A stretch of 64,000 nucleotides of DNA from Octopus vulgaris (GCA_951406725.2 OX597821.1:65782001-65846000); one strand, 5' to 3'. Shown: positions 1-15,349, numbered from the stretch's first letter. Numbers and translations are program-made. Notes: a model not told the origin generated them from the letters alone.

Positions 1-62
1 AAATACTACAAAATATACACGTAGGACAGATGCAGAAGGACCCTAATTCTTCATCATTTATT

Positions 63-252
63 GACTAAAAGGCAAAGGCTGAGACAGCTTGACACCTGTG
101 ACGTCGTAACTTATTTCTACAGCTGAGTGAACTGGAGCAACATGAAATAAAGTGTCTTGCTCAAGAACACAACACGCAACCTGGTCCGGGATTCGAACTC
201 ACAACCTCACGCTCATAAGCTCGACACTCTAACCACTGAGCCATGCGCCTTC
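63..252 (-). mobile_element. tRNA-derived SINE family C, 5' part
   Basis: Reverse complement of GAAGGCGCATGGCTCAGTGGTTAGAG...GTTCGAATCCC head; matches copies at 42142 and 61528. Confidence 0.85.
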
Positions 253-264
253 ACAAACATATAT

Positions 265-479
<215 letters not shown>

Positions 480-1725
480 AGCATGTTTTTATGACCATCA
501 TTTTAACATCCAGTTTTTCATACTTGTAGGGGCCAGATAGAAGTTGTTGAGGTAGATTTTCTATGTCCGTACACCCTTCTTGCTTGCCAACCTTCATTTG
601 TTTCCAAGTAAGATAGTATTTCCTCAGGATCAATATGCTTTCATGGTAGACTGAAATTGAAGACGCTGCTTGCAAGATGGTGATACTAACATATGACTTC
701 AAGACATGGTGACAGTGTCATACATACACATTCATATATAGACACAAACATGCACATATGCCAGTATCATGTAAAATGCACTTGTGCTGGTGGCACACGA
801 AGAACACCCAGCACACTCTGTAAAGTGGTTGATGTTGGGAAGAGCATCCAGCCATTGAAACCAAACCAAAACAGACAATTGGGGCCTGGCTGGCCAGCTC
901 TAGTCAAATGGTCCAATCCATGCCAGCATGGGAAACGGACATTAAATGATGATGACAATGGCATACGCACAATGGGTAGCTTTCAGCTTCCATCTACCAA
1001 ATGTATTCACAAGGTTTTGGCCAGCCTGGGGCTATATTACAAGACACTTTCCCAAGATGCCATGCAGTAGGACTAAATGTGAAAACCATGTGCTTGGTAA
1101 TCAACCTTCTTACTATAAAACCATGCATGCACCAATATCTGTCTATGTATGTCTCTGTATAAATGAGAGACTGGCGATGTGCATGTAAGTCAAGGGATGT
1201 ATGAACAAGTGGTGTATAGTGGTTGTTGAGGTGGGTGTGCTGCCACACCCAATGCTACCAAATTTCAAGCAGGGTTAAAACAAAAGTTTTCCATTAAAAT
1301 TTGGGTTTAAATTAATGGGTGAGGTTAACATTTTCAATGGGTATGCAGCACACATGTAGTACACTTGGAATATAGGCCCCTGGTATGAATGTATTTATGT
1401 CCTGGCTATGGCTTAAAACTGCATCTGATTTTGAGGTTCCAGTCTGGGAGATCTGGAATTGTGAGGAGCATATGAAGTCACCTCTTAATTACCATTTCTT
1501 CCAGGCTTGTTCTAACCTTCAATGGTAGCACCTCTCATGGTCCAATCTATTGTTCTAAATAAATTTTCCCAGGAGCAGAGTAGGCTTCACTTATTTATTG
1601 ACAAGACAGTTGGGGAACACAGCTCTTTTAAGAGATAGTTCAAATTAACAGAAAACAAAAGACAAAGGCAGGTGAAGGAACAGCAAGCAGGTGTATTAGT
1701 TTAATGCTCTGGAAGAATGAAAATG

Positions 1726-1762
1726 TCTTTGACATTTCGAGCCTACACTCTTCGACAGAGAA
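1726..1762 (-). ncRNA. Degenerate minimal hammerhead-like motif in a Penelope-type repeat (about 1640-1830)
   Basis: Minus strand CTGTCGA-A-GAGT-GTAG-GCTC-GAAA-TGTC; a related repeat copy lies at about 41880-42040. Confidence 0.5.
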
Positions 1763-2016
1763 GAGTGAGAGGAAAAATAGTGGAGAAAGAACGAAAAGAA
1801 ATGGAGAGAGAAAAAAATGTGTAAGGAAGATACTGTGACATAAAACTTGCAGTGAAAAGAGTACCAGTAATTTTACAAGTTATCCAAGCTTTTGTTACTT
1901 AAATTCAATGATGCACAAATGTCTCACTATAATTTCTGACAAGATGAGGCCATTATCATGTATTTCTGTGAGCAAATTAAGGCAATTGTAATATGCAAGA
2001 AATAAAAGAAACTTAC

Positions 2017-2118
2017 ATCTAAATGATAAGTAGTTGGTTGGTAAGCACCAGTACCACATACCAACAGAGTAGTTCCATTCCGTGCTATTAACCGAATGTG
2101 ATTTTGACAATCTGGCAT
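2017..2118 (-). CDS. Semaphorin coding exon D
   Basis: Acceptor TTTTCTTCTTAG|ATG, donor GAT|GTAAGT; 102 nt, phase 0-0; encodes MPDCQNHIRLIARNGTTLLVCGTGAYQPTTYHLD with the Sema hallmark DCxNHIR...LxVCGTxAxxP. Confidence 0.95.
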
Positions 2119-2272
2119 CTAAGAAGAAAACAAAAGAATAGATTTCAAATAAGAGAACAGAAGTATTTATAAAAAATACAAAAATAATTAGCATTTTTTT
2201 GCTGTATCTTGGAAGGGTCACTATGCTCATAAAAACACACACAATGGTTCGGTTTCACTTCTTTAGTTTTAC

Positions 2273-2563
2273 TAGTCAACTGGTTAACCATTTAACCAAT
2301 AAGCTAATTGATTCTTTGATTTTCTGATTAATTATTTGACCACTCAATCAGCTGAGTTTGTCAAAATCTTTTTATCACCTTTAATCATTTCTGACATCAT
2401 CAATCACATGCCCCCTTTGCTCTGGGTCTGCTAGACAGGACGTGCTATTAAGGAGATCACAAATGCTGTCAAAAAGACTTTAACAAACCAAGCTGATTGA
2501 TTGATTGATTGACCAATTGATTTATTAAGCAATCAATTAGTTAATTGGTTAATTAGTTGACTA
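2273..2563. mobile_element. Degenerate MITE / fold-back element
   Basis: Terminal inverted repeats TAGTCAACTGGTTAACCATTTAAC / GTTAATTGGTTAATTAGTTGACTA plus inner inverted pair TCAATCAGCTGAGTTTGTCAAA / TTTAACAAACCAAGCTGATTGA. Confidence 0.6.
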
Positions 2564-2585
2564 ATAATAATAATAATAATAATAA

Positions 2586-2798
2586 TCCTTTGTACTATAG
2601 GCACAAGACTTGAAATTTTGGGGGAGTGGGCTAGCTGATTACATTGACCCCAGTGTTTCACTGGTACTTAATTTATTGACCCTGAAAAGATGTAAAGCAA
2701 AATCGACCTTGCCGGTATTTGAACTCAGAACGTAAAGATGGACGAAAAGCCACTAAGCATTTTACCTGGCATGCTAACGATTCTGACAGTTCATTGCT
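2586..2798 (-). mobile_element. SINE family B, (ATT)n-tailed subfamily B1
   Basis: Matches the family B body (GAGTTCAAAT...CGGCAAGGTCGATTTTGC...) and ends in an (ATT)n tract. Confidence 0.8.
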
Positions 2799-3075
2799 TA
2801 ATAATAATAATAATAATAATAGTAAAAGAAGTGAAATGGAACCAGTGTGTATACAATGGTCCTCACAAGATACAACAAATTCTATTTCAACACATAGGTT
2901 CACATCAATAGTTTTGCAAATCAAATACAAAAACAAGATAAACATTAACTTCTAAAAACAACAAACAATATTTCATGGTGTTTCATAACAAGTCATATTA
3001 CATCATTATTTTACGTCCACTTTCCCATACTGATATGAGTCAGATGAATTGTTATATTACTATATTATATTATGT

Positions 3076-3425
3076 GAAGACACATGGCTCAGTGGTTAGA
3101 GCATTGGGCATGCGATGGTGAGGTAGTGAGTTCAATTCCTGGACTGGGCTATGTTGTATTCTTATGCAAGACTCTTAATTTCACATTGTTCCTGTTCACT
3201 CAGCTGTAGAAATGAGTTGCAACATCACTGATGCCAAGCTGAATTGGCCCTTACCTTCGGTAACATTAGTGGCACGAAGAAGGAAGGCTGGTATGTAATG
3301 GCGACTGCTGGTCTTCCATAAACAACCTTGCTAGGACTTATGTTTCAGAGGGGAACTTTCTAGGTGCAATCCCATGGTCATTCATGACCAAAAGGAGGTG
3401 AGGAGGTCTTTACCCTTTACCCTTT
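3076..3425 (+). mobile_element. SINE family C, full length, diverged
   Basis: A box TGGCTCAGTGG, B box GAGTTCAATTCC, (TTTACCC)n tail. Confidence 0.85.
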
Positions 3426-4349
3426 ATTATAAGGTGGTGAGTTGGCAGAATCATTAATAATATAAAGCTTTCCTTTCTTAAGTCCCAAATTATTTCTGTG
3501 GTTGGAAGAAATAGGGAATATGTATCATATGTGATGCACAGACACCAGGGAAAAAATTTCTATCTATCACATGTGATATACAGGACAAGCAAAGGTTCAA
3601 AAATAAAGGCGGGATTCTAAGCATATTTGGCTACTATTTTTAGCAGATAAGAGTCTCATAAAGGATCCCATGACACAGATTCTGTGTTCTGCACAGAAGG
3701 CACATGTAGTTAATTAATCCACCCCTAGAAACTTCCTTTTTCTTTTAATCTTTTTGGTGAGTGTTATAACTATTTATATATATTCATAGACATACAAATT
3801 CTGTATCTGTAAAGGGGACAGATGTGATTAATTAAATTAACCCCATTATTTTTGGCAGTGTCTGGATGTAGTTTTAGAAAAAGTTTTCCTATTTATCTAT
3901 TTAAAAGCAAGTCCTGTGTGTTACTTAAATGGGGCACAGATGGCTCATTTAATTAACCCTAGAAATGGGAGGGGAACTGCATATATAAAAATTCTGTCTC
4001 GTAAAGAGAGCAGAAAGATGTAAATAGTTAAATGAACCACATTTATGATTATCATTATTATTATTTAAGGCGGCAAGCTAGCAGAAAAGTTATAATGCCA
4101 GGCAAAATGCCTTCCAGAATTTCGTCCAACTTTACATTCTGAGTTCAAATTCCACTGAAGTTGACTTTGCCTTTCATCTTTTTGGGGGTCAATAAATTAA
4201 GTACCAGTCATGAACTGAGGTGGGTGTAATCGACTATGCTCCACCCCAAATTTCAGGCCTTGTGCCTATAGTAGAAATATTATTATTATTGAGTGAGAGA
4301 GCAGTGCATGCCATCAAAGTGACACTAGGGTAAAATATTTACTGTAGCC

Positions 4350-4385
<36 letters not shown>

Positions 4386-5044
4386 CATTATTATTATTAA
4401 AGATGTCAGACAGTATCCAATATCATGATGTTGTTGATTGAAGATATTGTGCCTACTGGGGGTTTGTACTAACTGTCAAATCACAACAAGAACCTCAGAC
4501 AGACCGTACTTTACGAAATATGTATGCAGTTCTAAGTAATGCCAATTTTTGCAATACATCTAGATTGTAGGGTATTTCTAAAGTTTCCAGATGTTTTTTT
4601 CAGGTTGGGTGGTATTGAACCCAATGCTCCAATGACAATAGGGACAATCTTTATATTTGACTCTCGTAGCTACCTAGCGATCTAAGCTGTGTGTTGTGTT
4701 CTTGAGCAAGACACTTTATTTCATGTTGCTCCAGTTCACTCAGCTGAGGAATGAGCTGCGTTGTCACTCATGCCAAGCTGTATTGGCATTTGCTTTCCCT
4801 TGGATAACATCAGTGGTGTGGAGAGCGGAGGTTGGTATGCATGGGCGACTACCGGTCTTCCATAAACAACTTTGCCCAGACTTATGCTGTGGAGGGGAAC
4901 TTTCTAGGTGACAAAAGGGGGGTCCTTACCCTTTACCCTATGTGTCATAGTGTAATCCACCATAATCATAATTTACTCAAGAAGCTTGTAAGAGACACAG
5001 AGTTTCATAAATTACACTAAAGTGAGACTAAGACATCCACTCAC

Positions 5045-5110
5045 CTTTTTCTTTGCTTGCCACACACATCGCTTAGCAGACTTGGTACTGGCATTCAATG
5101 AAGTCTCCAC
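5045..5110 (-). CDS. Semaphorin coding exon C
   Basis: Acceptor TTTGGTTTTTTTTAG|GTG, donor AAG|GTGAGT; 66 nt, phase 0-0; encodes VETSLNASTKSAKRCVWQAKKK, placing a Cys at the expected spacing before DCxNHIR. Confidence 0.88.
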
Positions 5111-5953
5111 CTAAAAAAAACCAAAAGATGAAATGTAAACATTAGGGGATCGTTATACACATACAGCAGTATTTAAACATACAATGTCATATGAAGATCA
5201 ATACAGTGTTACTCGGAGTTTCATATTCCTGTATAATCAGTGTGGTTATCATATAATATTTATCCTTGATAGCACACAAGACTTGGCGTCTCATAACAAG
5301 CCCTGCTACCGTCTGAGTAAGACCACTTATTAGAACGTCCATTAATTGCACAGGAAAATACTCGTAGCATGAAATTCTCAAGCAATGAGGTTTATAAGTA
5401 TGTGAGAACTTTGTCAAAATCACTCTCTCTTTTCCTTTTTATATATATATCAAAGAGTGTAGGGGATAGAAAAGGTATTCTACCACTACACACACACATG
5501 CACAAACTCTACTGAGTATCCATATTTGCTTTCTGTAAATTCTTTTATATTCTCTTTCACCCCCACCATTCTTTCTCTCTCTCTCTCTCTTTATAAATAT
5601 GTGTGTGTATAAGTGTGTGTATATATATATGTGCATGTGTGTGTTCAACCAACAGCAGCATGAAAAACAGATGTAATATAATGATGACAACAAGAATTAT
5701 GGTTGTGCATATATCAAAACCAATCAGATATCAACACACACACACACACACACACGTGCGCGCACACACACACACACGCAGAGATACACACACACACTAA
5801 ACTACAGAAATAACAACAAGAATAATGATTTCTTTATAAAATCCTTCTATATGTTATGTTATATTTATGAAATTTATACAATTTCTTACAACCGTTATGT
5901 AGCCATGTTACATATAGTCATATATATACATATAAATATATATATACATATAA

Positions 5954-6001
<48 letters not shown>

Positions 6002-6454
6002 CCCATACAAACATACAAACACACACAGCTATATATGTATATGCATGCGTGTATTTATATGTGATCATGTGCAGAAATATATACAAGGCATGAAGTGAGA
6101 TGGTTTTATCCATATGTACACAATGCTCCCCTGTGTGTTTAAGTGAGAACCCAGTGAAACCCAAGCTGTACCCAAGTAATTCTATGTCTTCAGCAATCTA
6201 GGAGGTCCAGTTTGTTTTGAAATATGAATAAACATAATAAAGAGCACACACATGTAGATATGTACATATATATATATATATAATACATACATTGTCACAC
6301 ATTAACAAATGTGTATCTGTGTGTATGTGTAAACAAATATATGAGTGTGAGAATTTGCACATATATATTTGAGTATGTGAATATGTGTGTGCGTGTGTAT
6401 GCATATTTATATAATATAAATACAGATATATATATATACATATGGCTCTCTCTT

Positions 6455-6485
<31 letters not shown>

Positions 6486-6486
6486 C

Positions 6487-6519
<33 letters not shown>

Positions 6520-7414
6520 CATCTATCTATCTGTATACATATATGTCCATGCATGTATGTCTACATATAAATGCATTTGTGTGAATGTGTGTATATATAC
6601 AAGCATACATACATATACATACATATATATGTGTACAGATCTCTCACTCTATTTCTATCTATCTATCTATCTATATCTATATATATATATATTTATATAT
6701 CCACGCATGTATATCTATATATAAATGCATGTGTGTGAATGTGTGTATCTCTCTCTCTATATATATATATATACACATACACACACGTGTGTTTATGTAT
6801 ATTTATAAGTGTGTATTTATATGTTTATCTATATAAATTTATTCATATGTATTAAATATTAAGATGTATATTTAAAAAAAATTGTCCCTACATACATTAC
6901 ATACACATATACACATACATGTGCGCATATGTGTGTGTGTGTGTGTGTACATACACACATGTAATACATATGCACACACACATACATATACGCATGCCCC
7001 CACACACACACACAGAGGGACGAATTGAAGAATGAGTGGGGGAAGGAGAGAAACAGAGAGAAAAGAGAGACACTATGCAAAGACATACATTTGTGTATAA
7101 ATTAAACTGAACATGTTCAAATGTATCAGATAACCTTGTAATACGTTTGTCTGTGGGGTTAAAGCAGAGTGAAACATATAAAGACCTGCCTGCCACAAGC
7201 TGTTTTTTCTGGGTGTTTGCTAAGCTGTTTTTACTGATTTCTTTACATGTATGAGAGAAATTTGAGAGGAGATTACACATATACATACATACTTACATAC
7301 ATATACATATATATATATATACACACATACATATATATATACACATACATATATATACATAAATATATATATACATGCATATATATACATACATATATAT
7401 ATATACACACACAC

Positions 7415-7446
<32 letters not shown>

Positions 7447-7459
7447 GCGCACACAAATA

Positions 7460-7513
<54 letters not shown>

Positions 7514-7564
7514 ATTTCAGAGATATATAGACTTATACTAATAAATTGTGTGTAGGTTCTTTTA

Positions 7565-7596
<32 letters not shown>

Positions 7597-7793
7597 TTAT
7601 GTGTGTGTGTATATATATATATGTGCATGCATGTGTGTGAGGGTGTATATGTATCTGTGCGCATGTGTATCTATCTATCTATCTATCTATCATCTCTGTT
7701 TATGTGTGTGTGTGCATGTGTAAAAGGTGGAAGACCTACCTGCTCGAGGCAAGGAGGAACCATAATATTGAGTTTATGTGTATATGTGTGTGC

Positions 7794-7825
<32 letters not shown>

Positions 7826-8730
7826 GCATGTATGTATGTATTTATGTATGAGTATATACTCATGCATAAACTGAGAGCTTTCTGCTGTTAGGTTTGTTTA
7901 TATTTTTTACTATTGTTTCTGAGGTAAATTTAATGTACTCAGACAAATCGCTTATGACACCCACACCATAGAACATAAACACAAGTAAATATATCTCATT
8001 ATTCCCTTCACAGAGAGGAGCAAATATATTTTTAGTGTTGCTGTTTAGCTTCAGGCAATCCTTGATTGTGCAAACCTAGGACTAAATGCATTCCAGCTGT
8101 GACCAGCTCATATGTTTCATGAAGACCACATGATCCAATGTCAAGATTTTTTTCTTAAGATGGAGGGATATGATTTGATGGGTATTTGGTTGTTATTTCT
8201 AGCATGTTGAATGACAGTCACAGAGACCCTTTTATCGGTTTAACCTTCCCGGAGAGGATTGTTAGTTGTGATGCTGGTCCACAGAAGATCCAGGGGTCCA
8301 GAGTTCTCTACAGCAGGATGTTATCAGTATTGTTCAACTCTCAGGTCAGCCTTCACTATGATGAAAGTCATTCCAACTACGACCATTACCACATTTTATA
8401 TTTTATCAGCACAGTGCTCATGGGATGAGATTATTAAACGAGTCCTTTAAGATGGTATTGTTTAGCTTCTTGTCGACTTGTATTCATCATCGTCACCGCC
8501 ACCACCATCTCCGTCATTGTTGTCGTCGTCATCATCATCATCATCATCATCATCGTTGTTTTAATGTCCACATTTCCAGTCTTGCACAGGTCAGATGGAA
8601 TTTGGTGAGATGTTCTTGAGCTGGATCCCCTTCTTGTCACCCGCCCTTGAGAGTTTTCAAGTCAGGTAATATTTCCCCACATGACCAGACATGTTTTCGT
8701 GGAAGATTGGAAACAAAGAATACTGACTGA

Positions 8731-9235
8731 ATTGTTTCAGTCATTTGACTGTGGCCATGTGGGGTCAAGCAAATCGACCCCAGGACCTATTCTTTGTAAG
8801 CCTAGTACTTATTCTATTGGTCTCATTTGCCAAACCGCTATGTTACAGGGACATAAACACACCAGCATTGGTTGTCAAGCGATGTTGGGGGGACAAACAC
8901 AGACACACAAACACATACACATATACATATATATGACGGGCTTCAGTTTCCATCTACCAAATCCACTCACAAGGATTTGGTTGGCTCGAGGCTATAGTAG
9001 AAGACACTTACCCAAGGTGCCATGCAGGGGGGACTTAACCCGGAACCATGTAGTTTATAAGCAAGCTACCTACCACACAGCCACTCCTATATACATATAT
9101 ATATGATGGGCTTCTTTCAGTTTCTGTCTACTAAATCCACTCACAAGGCTTTGGTGGGCCCGAGGCTATAGTAGAAGGACTGAACCCGGAACCATGTAGT
9201 TTGTAAGCAAGCTACTTATCACTCAGCCACTCCTA
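8731..9235 (-). mobile_element. SINE family A with duplicated 5' portion
   Basis: Matches family A; the head segment occurs twice (about 8935-9090 and 9105-9235). Confidence 0.8.
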
Positions 9236-10308
9236 TATATATATATATATATATATATATAGCTGCACCAGACTCCAGTATGGTTTCTATGGCTGGATGC
9301 TCTTCCTACATACATGTATATATATATATATATGTATGAAGGCATATATGTGGCTTGGTGACTAGGGTATTTGGTTCACGATCATAAGGTCATGAATTCA
9401 ATTCCAGGTGATGCATTTTGTCATTGAGCAAGACACTTTATTTCATGTTTCTCCAATCCACTCAGCTAGCAAAAACGTATAGTACCTGTAATTCAAAAGG
9501 GCCTGCCTTATTACAGTCTTTGTCATGCTGAATTTCCCAGTGAACTACATTAAGGGTATGTGTGTCTGTGGAGTGCTCAGCCACTTGCACCATAATTTCA
9601 CAAGCAAGCTGTTCCGTTGATCAGATCAACTGGAACCCTTATCGTTGTAATCACTGAAATGCCAGTTTATATATGTGTGTATATATACAGGCTTCTTTCA
9701 TTTTACGTCAACCAAATGCACTCACAAATAGTTGCAGAAGACACTTGCCCAATATGCTACCACAGCTACCACAGCTTGGGACTGAACCACAAATACTGTG
9801 ATTGGAAACCAAACTTCTCACCACAGCCACATTTGTACTTTCATGTAAGCCCTGTCTCCCCAAAAAACAAAACACAAAATCCGAAAGATTTGTTAAAAGC
9901 AATACAGTGGTTGATATGATTCAATATAAACTCTACAAGGCAATACCCCAGCATGGCCACAGCAAGTCTATTGAAATAAAGAAAAAGAATAAATGAATAT
10001 CGGTAATAATGCCAATTTATGATGTAAGAAGGACATTTATGAGTAAAAGACATTTAATTCACACTGTATGGTAATGCGTGGTAATTGACTAAGAAAAACC
10101 AGGAGAGAAACCATTTTATTCTGAAGACAGCATGGATGAACCAATGAATATTATTAATAAATTCCATTTGTACAAATACATTTTAGCATATCAGTTTGTG
10201 TGTGTGTGTATATATAAACATGTATACATATTTACATACTATGCATGTATACATATATATCAATTTATTTGTAGATATATGGATGTATATATATATATAT
10301 GGATGTAT

Positions 10309-10342
<34 letters not shown>

Positions 10343-10520
10343 GTATATCAATTGATCTGTATTTTTATCTATCTACCTATCTATATGTATATAGATGGAT
10401 AGATGTATATTCGTATATAGCAATTTATGTACAACTATATATATATATATATACAAATATATATATATATATCTACACAAACACACACACATATTCATAT
10501 ATGTAATATACATATGTATA

Positions 10521-10556
<36 letters not shown>

Positions 10557-12620
10557 CACATACATATATATATATATACACATACATATACATATATACA
10601 CCTACACATTTGCACATGCATGTGCATACACACACACAGACACACACAAACACATATTTACAAACATACAAATAAATATGTGAGTATTCACAAACCCATA
10701 CACGCAGAGAATCTTAGGCACATATTTATTTGGACAGTTTTTGCCCGTAAATATAAAAGAAAAGAAGCTAACCAGAGAAAGATTTTCCAATAATAAGACC
10801 GAAAATACATGAAAATATCAAAGACAGACTTGTTTTAGTTTGGATTGTGTATCCCTTGAGGAATTTCAGGTAGATTATCTGGAAATCTCAGACAAGTTCC
10901 TACAGACTTACGGGATTCTATCTATTCTGCATTACCAGTGTAGTCTGCTTGAGAAATACTGACACACACACACACACACACACAAACACAGATTTCCTTA
11001 CATACATATGTACACACACACACACACACACACACGCTCGTGCCAGCATGAAAAACAGGATATTAAACAATGATAATGATAGCTGTACCAATTCACACTC
11101 ACACACACACAAATACATATTCAAATATATAGATATATATGCACACACACACACACATATATATAGATATATGCATATTTTTACACACAAACAAATATAT
11201 ATATATATATGGATATATACATGCATATATTCATACATATATTTATAAATATGTATATATACACAATTACATATATAAATATGAATTGCCTGTGTTTATA
11301 CTAGACTTGTACTGAGAAACAACAATGCAATCATGCACAAAACCATAATATTATCATTCGTACTCTCATAGGGATGAGTTATGTAACATCTATTCTCAGA
11401 AATTGCAACCAAACCTCCCTCAAACCACACATAATGTCTGAGTAAAAAAAATGATGAAGAAAAACAGAAAGTTGAAAGGGAGTGTTATTAGTAAGAGATA
11501 TAAAACCTAAAATTAGAAAGAAAAAAAGTAAGTGGTAGTGTGAATTTATGAACGATTCCAAAATACATTCACGTCATGCCAAACATTGTTTTTCTTCCTC
11601 TTTCATTCGTACTCTGGGTTTTCTTTTTGTTACTCTCTCTCTCTCTCATTCTTGCTTTGAATAGGGGAAAATGCTGCTGCATCGCCATTGTCATCATCTT
11701 CATCATCATCATCTTCACCATTTAATATTTTTGTCTTCCATGCTATCATGAATTGGACAGTTTGACATGATCCAATGTGCCAAAGAAGTGTGCAGAGCAC
11801 CATTGTCTCTTTCGCAATGGTTTCCAAGCCTGGATATCCTTCTTAATCCAAACCACTTTACAAAATGTACTAGATGCTTTCTTTCATGATACCGGCACTA
11901 GAAAGGTTGCCTAGCAACTTAGACAAAGAGAAGACTCTTGACTGAATGGGGTTGTAGTAGAATGAATGAAGGCATGTCAGATGTCGAGAGGCTAAGGTTT
12001 GACAGAGGGACAGATACAGGTGTCTTGCTACAGAAGCATGAGGCTACCCTATATTATATTAGGGTGGGTTAAGGTGGCAAGTTGGCAATCTGGCAGAATC
12101 GTTAGCATGCTGGGCAAAATGCTTAGTGGTATTTATCCCATTGCTACATTCTGAGTTCAAATTCTACCAAGGTCGACTTTGTCTTTCATCCTTCTCTAAG
12201 AGAAATGTACAATATACAAACAGAAATAGAAGTACAAAGAGATATGATGTCAAAATTTTGGATTTCATTTTATTTTATTTTATTTTATTTGTAAAAAGCA
12301 CCATCTGAACTTGGCCAATGCCAGCGCCACCTTGACTGGTTCTTGTGCTGGTGCTACATAAAAAGCACCATCTGATTATGGTTGATGCCAGCCCCCTCTA
12401 GTCCCTGGCACGTAAAAGAAGCACCTACTACACTCCCAGAGTGGTTGGCATTAGAAAGGGCATCCAACTGTAGAAACACTGCCAGATCAGACTGGAGCCT
12501 GGTGCAGCCTCCTGGCTTCCCAGACTCCAGTCGAACTGTCCAACACATGCCAGCATAGAGAACGGACGTTAAACAATAATGATGATGATGTTGACTACAA
12601 ATATATGCATTCCTTATATA

Positions 12621-12841
12621 TACAAGGGGGTGATGAAAAGTTCCTGGCTTTAAGGCTATCTCGAAAAGTCAGGTTGATGGCCTGACCTTCCGAGTTCTTT
12701 TACAGGGTTTAGAAAAACTGAAGGGCCACTGCAACAAGTGTGTGAATCTGAGAGAGGACTACATTGGATAAAATCATAATTCACTGATCCTCCTGCATTT
12801 TCTTTTACTCAAAGCCAGGAACTTTTCAGCATACCTTCATG
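12621..12841 (+). mobile_element. Mariner-derived MITE
   Basis: TIRs TGATGAAAAGTTCCTGGCTTT / AAAGCCAGGAACTTTTCAGCA beside TA; interior resembles a mariner transposase C-terminus (KL...CNKCVNLRxDYI). Confidence 0.75.
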
Positions 12842-13129
12842 TGTGTGTGTGTGTGTGCATGTATGCACATGAGTGTGTGTGAAGGTGTGTGTATATAATT
12901 ATCATTATCATAACTTTATGTCCATCTTCCATGCCAGCATGGGTTGGAATGGATTCAACAAGATCCAATGACCTGGAAGATGGCATTGAATGGATGTTAA
13001 ATGATGTTGATGATGATGCATATATTTATATATATATATATAGTGTATGTGTGTGTATATGTATATATAGCTAAAACCAAGCATCACACTTAAAACATGG
13101 ATACATACATACATACATATATACATACA

Positions 13130-13165
<36 letters not shown>

Positions 13166-13195
13166 TATATGTATGTATATACATGTATGTATATT

Positions 13196-13600
13196 CTTTT
13201 ATTCTTTTACTTGTTTCACTCATTTGACTGCAGCCATGCTGGAGCACCACCTTTAGTCAAACAAATTGACCCCGGGACTTATTCTTTGTAAGCTTAGTAC
13301 TTATTCTATCGGTCTTTTCTGCTGAACTGTTAAGCTACAGGGATGTAAACACACCAACATCGGATATTAAGTGATGGTGGGGGGATAAACTCAGACACAA
13401 ACACAAATATATACATACACACACACATGTACCCACACACACACACTATGGGCGTTTCTCAGTTTCTGTCTACCAAATCCACTCACAAGGCTTTGGTCAG
13501 CACGAGGCTATAGTAGAAGACACTTGCCCAAGGTGCCACACAGTAGGACTGAACCTCGAACCATGTGGTTGGGAAGCAAACTTCTTACCACACAGCCACT
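13196..13600 (-). mobile_element. SINE family A
   Basis: Reverse complement of the family A consensus seen at 19289 and 45861. Confidence 0.85.
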
Positions 13601-13967
13601 GTATGTCTGTCTATAGAACAAAGCAAAATGCTATCTGATGTCAGGTGTAAATATTTAATAAACAATTCCAAAATAACAAGTTGCTTTCCATGGTAGTGAA
13701 GGTGTGGTGGTGGGGTGGGGTAGAGGTGAGGTTGGGAACAGAAGCTGGTAGCAGGGTAGAAAGGGAAGAAGGGAGCATGAAAGAGATGGAGAGTATGAGA
13801 GAGAGAGAGAGAGAGAGAGAGAGGCAGACAATCAAGAACAGATGATGGTGGGGAGGAGTTAAGTAAATTATTGTCACACCTGTTCTATTTGGATTCTGTG
13901 TTAACAGGTAATGTTGTTGCTGTTGTTGTTGTAGTTCCTTAGAACTGGGCCAGTGGTTATTCCAGCT

Positions 13968-14346
13968 ATACTCTTTTACTCTCTTTTACTTGTTTCAGTC
14001 ATTTGCTGGAGCACAGCCTTTAGTTGAGCAAATCCACCCCAGGACTTATTCTTTGTAAGCCTAGTACTTATTCTATCGGTCTCTTTTGCTGAACCGCTAA
14101 GTTATGGGGGAAGGTAAACACACCAGCATTGGTTGTCAAGCGATATTGGTGGGAGAAACACAGACACACAAACATATACACATAGATATATATATACAAA
14201 TATACCATGGGCTTCTTTCAGTTTCTGTCTACTAAATCCACTCACAAGGCTTTAGTTGGCCTGAGGCTATAGTAGAAGATGCTTGCCCAAGGTGCCACGC
14301 AGTGGGACTGAACCTGGAACCATGTGGTTGGTAAGCAAGCTACTTA
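13968..14346 (-). mobile_element. SINE family A
   Basis: As above, with (GTAAAAGA)n-type tail. Confidence 0.85.
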
Positions 14347-15312
14347 TAGTGCTTTATGTGATCTTCCATTTTATAAGATGGCTGCTGTTTCTAGCAGGCT
14401 CACTGATCATCAAAATCCGTGGTTTTCAATTGTAGTCTATGTGACCCCTGGGGCTCCACATGAGATTTTATTGTTAAAATTCATGTGCAATAGATAGGCT
14501 ATACTTCTACACTACACTGGCAACGAGATTAGTGGGAATAACTGGAGGAAGCAGAAAACCAGTTAACTCCAAGAAATAGAAGCCCCAATAAAATTGTGCC
14601 AGAAAAGACAGTCTTACCAAGAAATGAATGGATAGGAAGCTATCTCTCAAAGAATGGACAGAGGCGAGGGACTGTTAGGTCTTCCCTGAGGCCACTTTTG
14701 ATAAGATGGAAGCCTGAGAAAACATGAGGTTGGTAAGGTTATCTCCACAAATATTCTATGAGAATCATAGCCAGCACTTACTTTTTAATATGATGTTTCG
14801 TATATGAGATGTCAGAAGTAAATGGCTGAGATCTCGAATACAAAATGTTGATACAAGAATCAGTGCTGGTTATAATTTCTATTGAATATCTGCAGGTGGC
14901 CGTTGCCAGCCTCCCCTGGCACCTGTGCCGGTGGCACGTAAAAAGCACCCACTACACTGATGGAGTGGTTGGTGTTAGGAAGGGCATCCAGCTGTAGAAA
15001 CACTACCAGATCAGACTGGAGCCTAGTGCAGCCTCCAGACCCCGGTCGAACCGTCCAACCCATGCTAATAATAATAGTACTTTCTAATGGAGGCACAAAG
15101 CCTTAAATTTGTGGGGAGGGGACTAGTTTATTACATTGACACCAGTGTTTCGCTAGTACTTAATTTATCAACCCCTAGAGGATGAAAGGCAAAGTCAACC
15201 TCAGCGGAATTTGAACGCAGAACGTACTGGCAGACGAAATACTGCTAAGCATTGTGCCTGGCGTGCTAATGATTCTACAAGCTTGCCACCTTAGATAATA
15301 ATAATAATAATG

Positions 15313-15349
<37 letters not shown>

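Noticed and set aside
3408-3425. (TTTACCC)n resembling a telomeric repeat
   Set aside because: Only 2-3 units, always at SINE C tails; differs from TTAGGG
5187-5423. 78-aa ORF in unique sequence near exon C
   Set aside because: No recognisable homology or convincing splice-site pair
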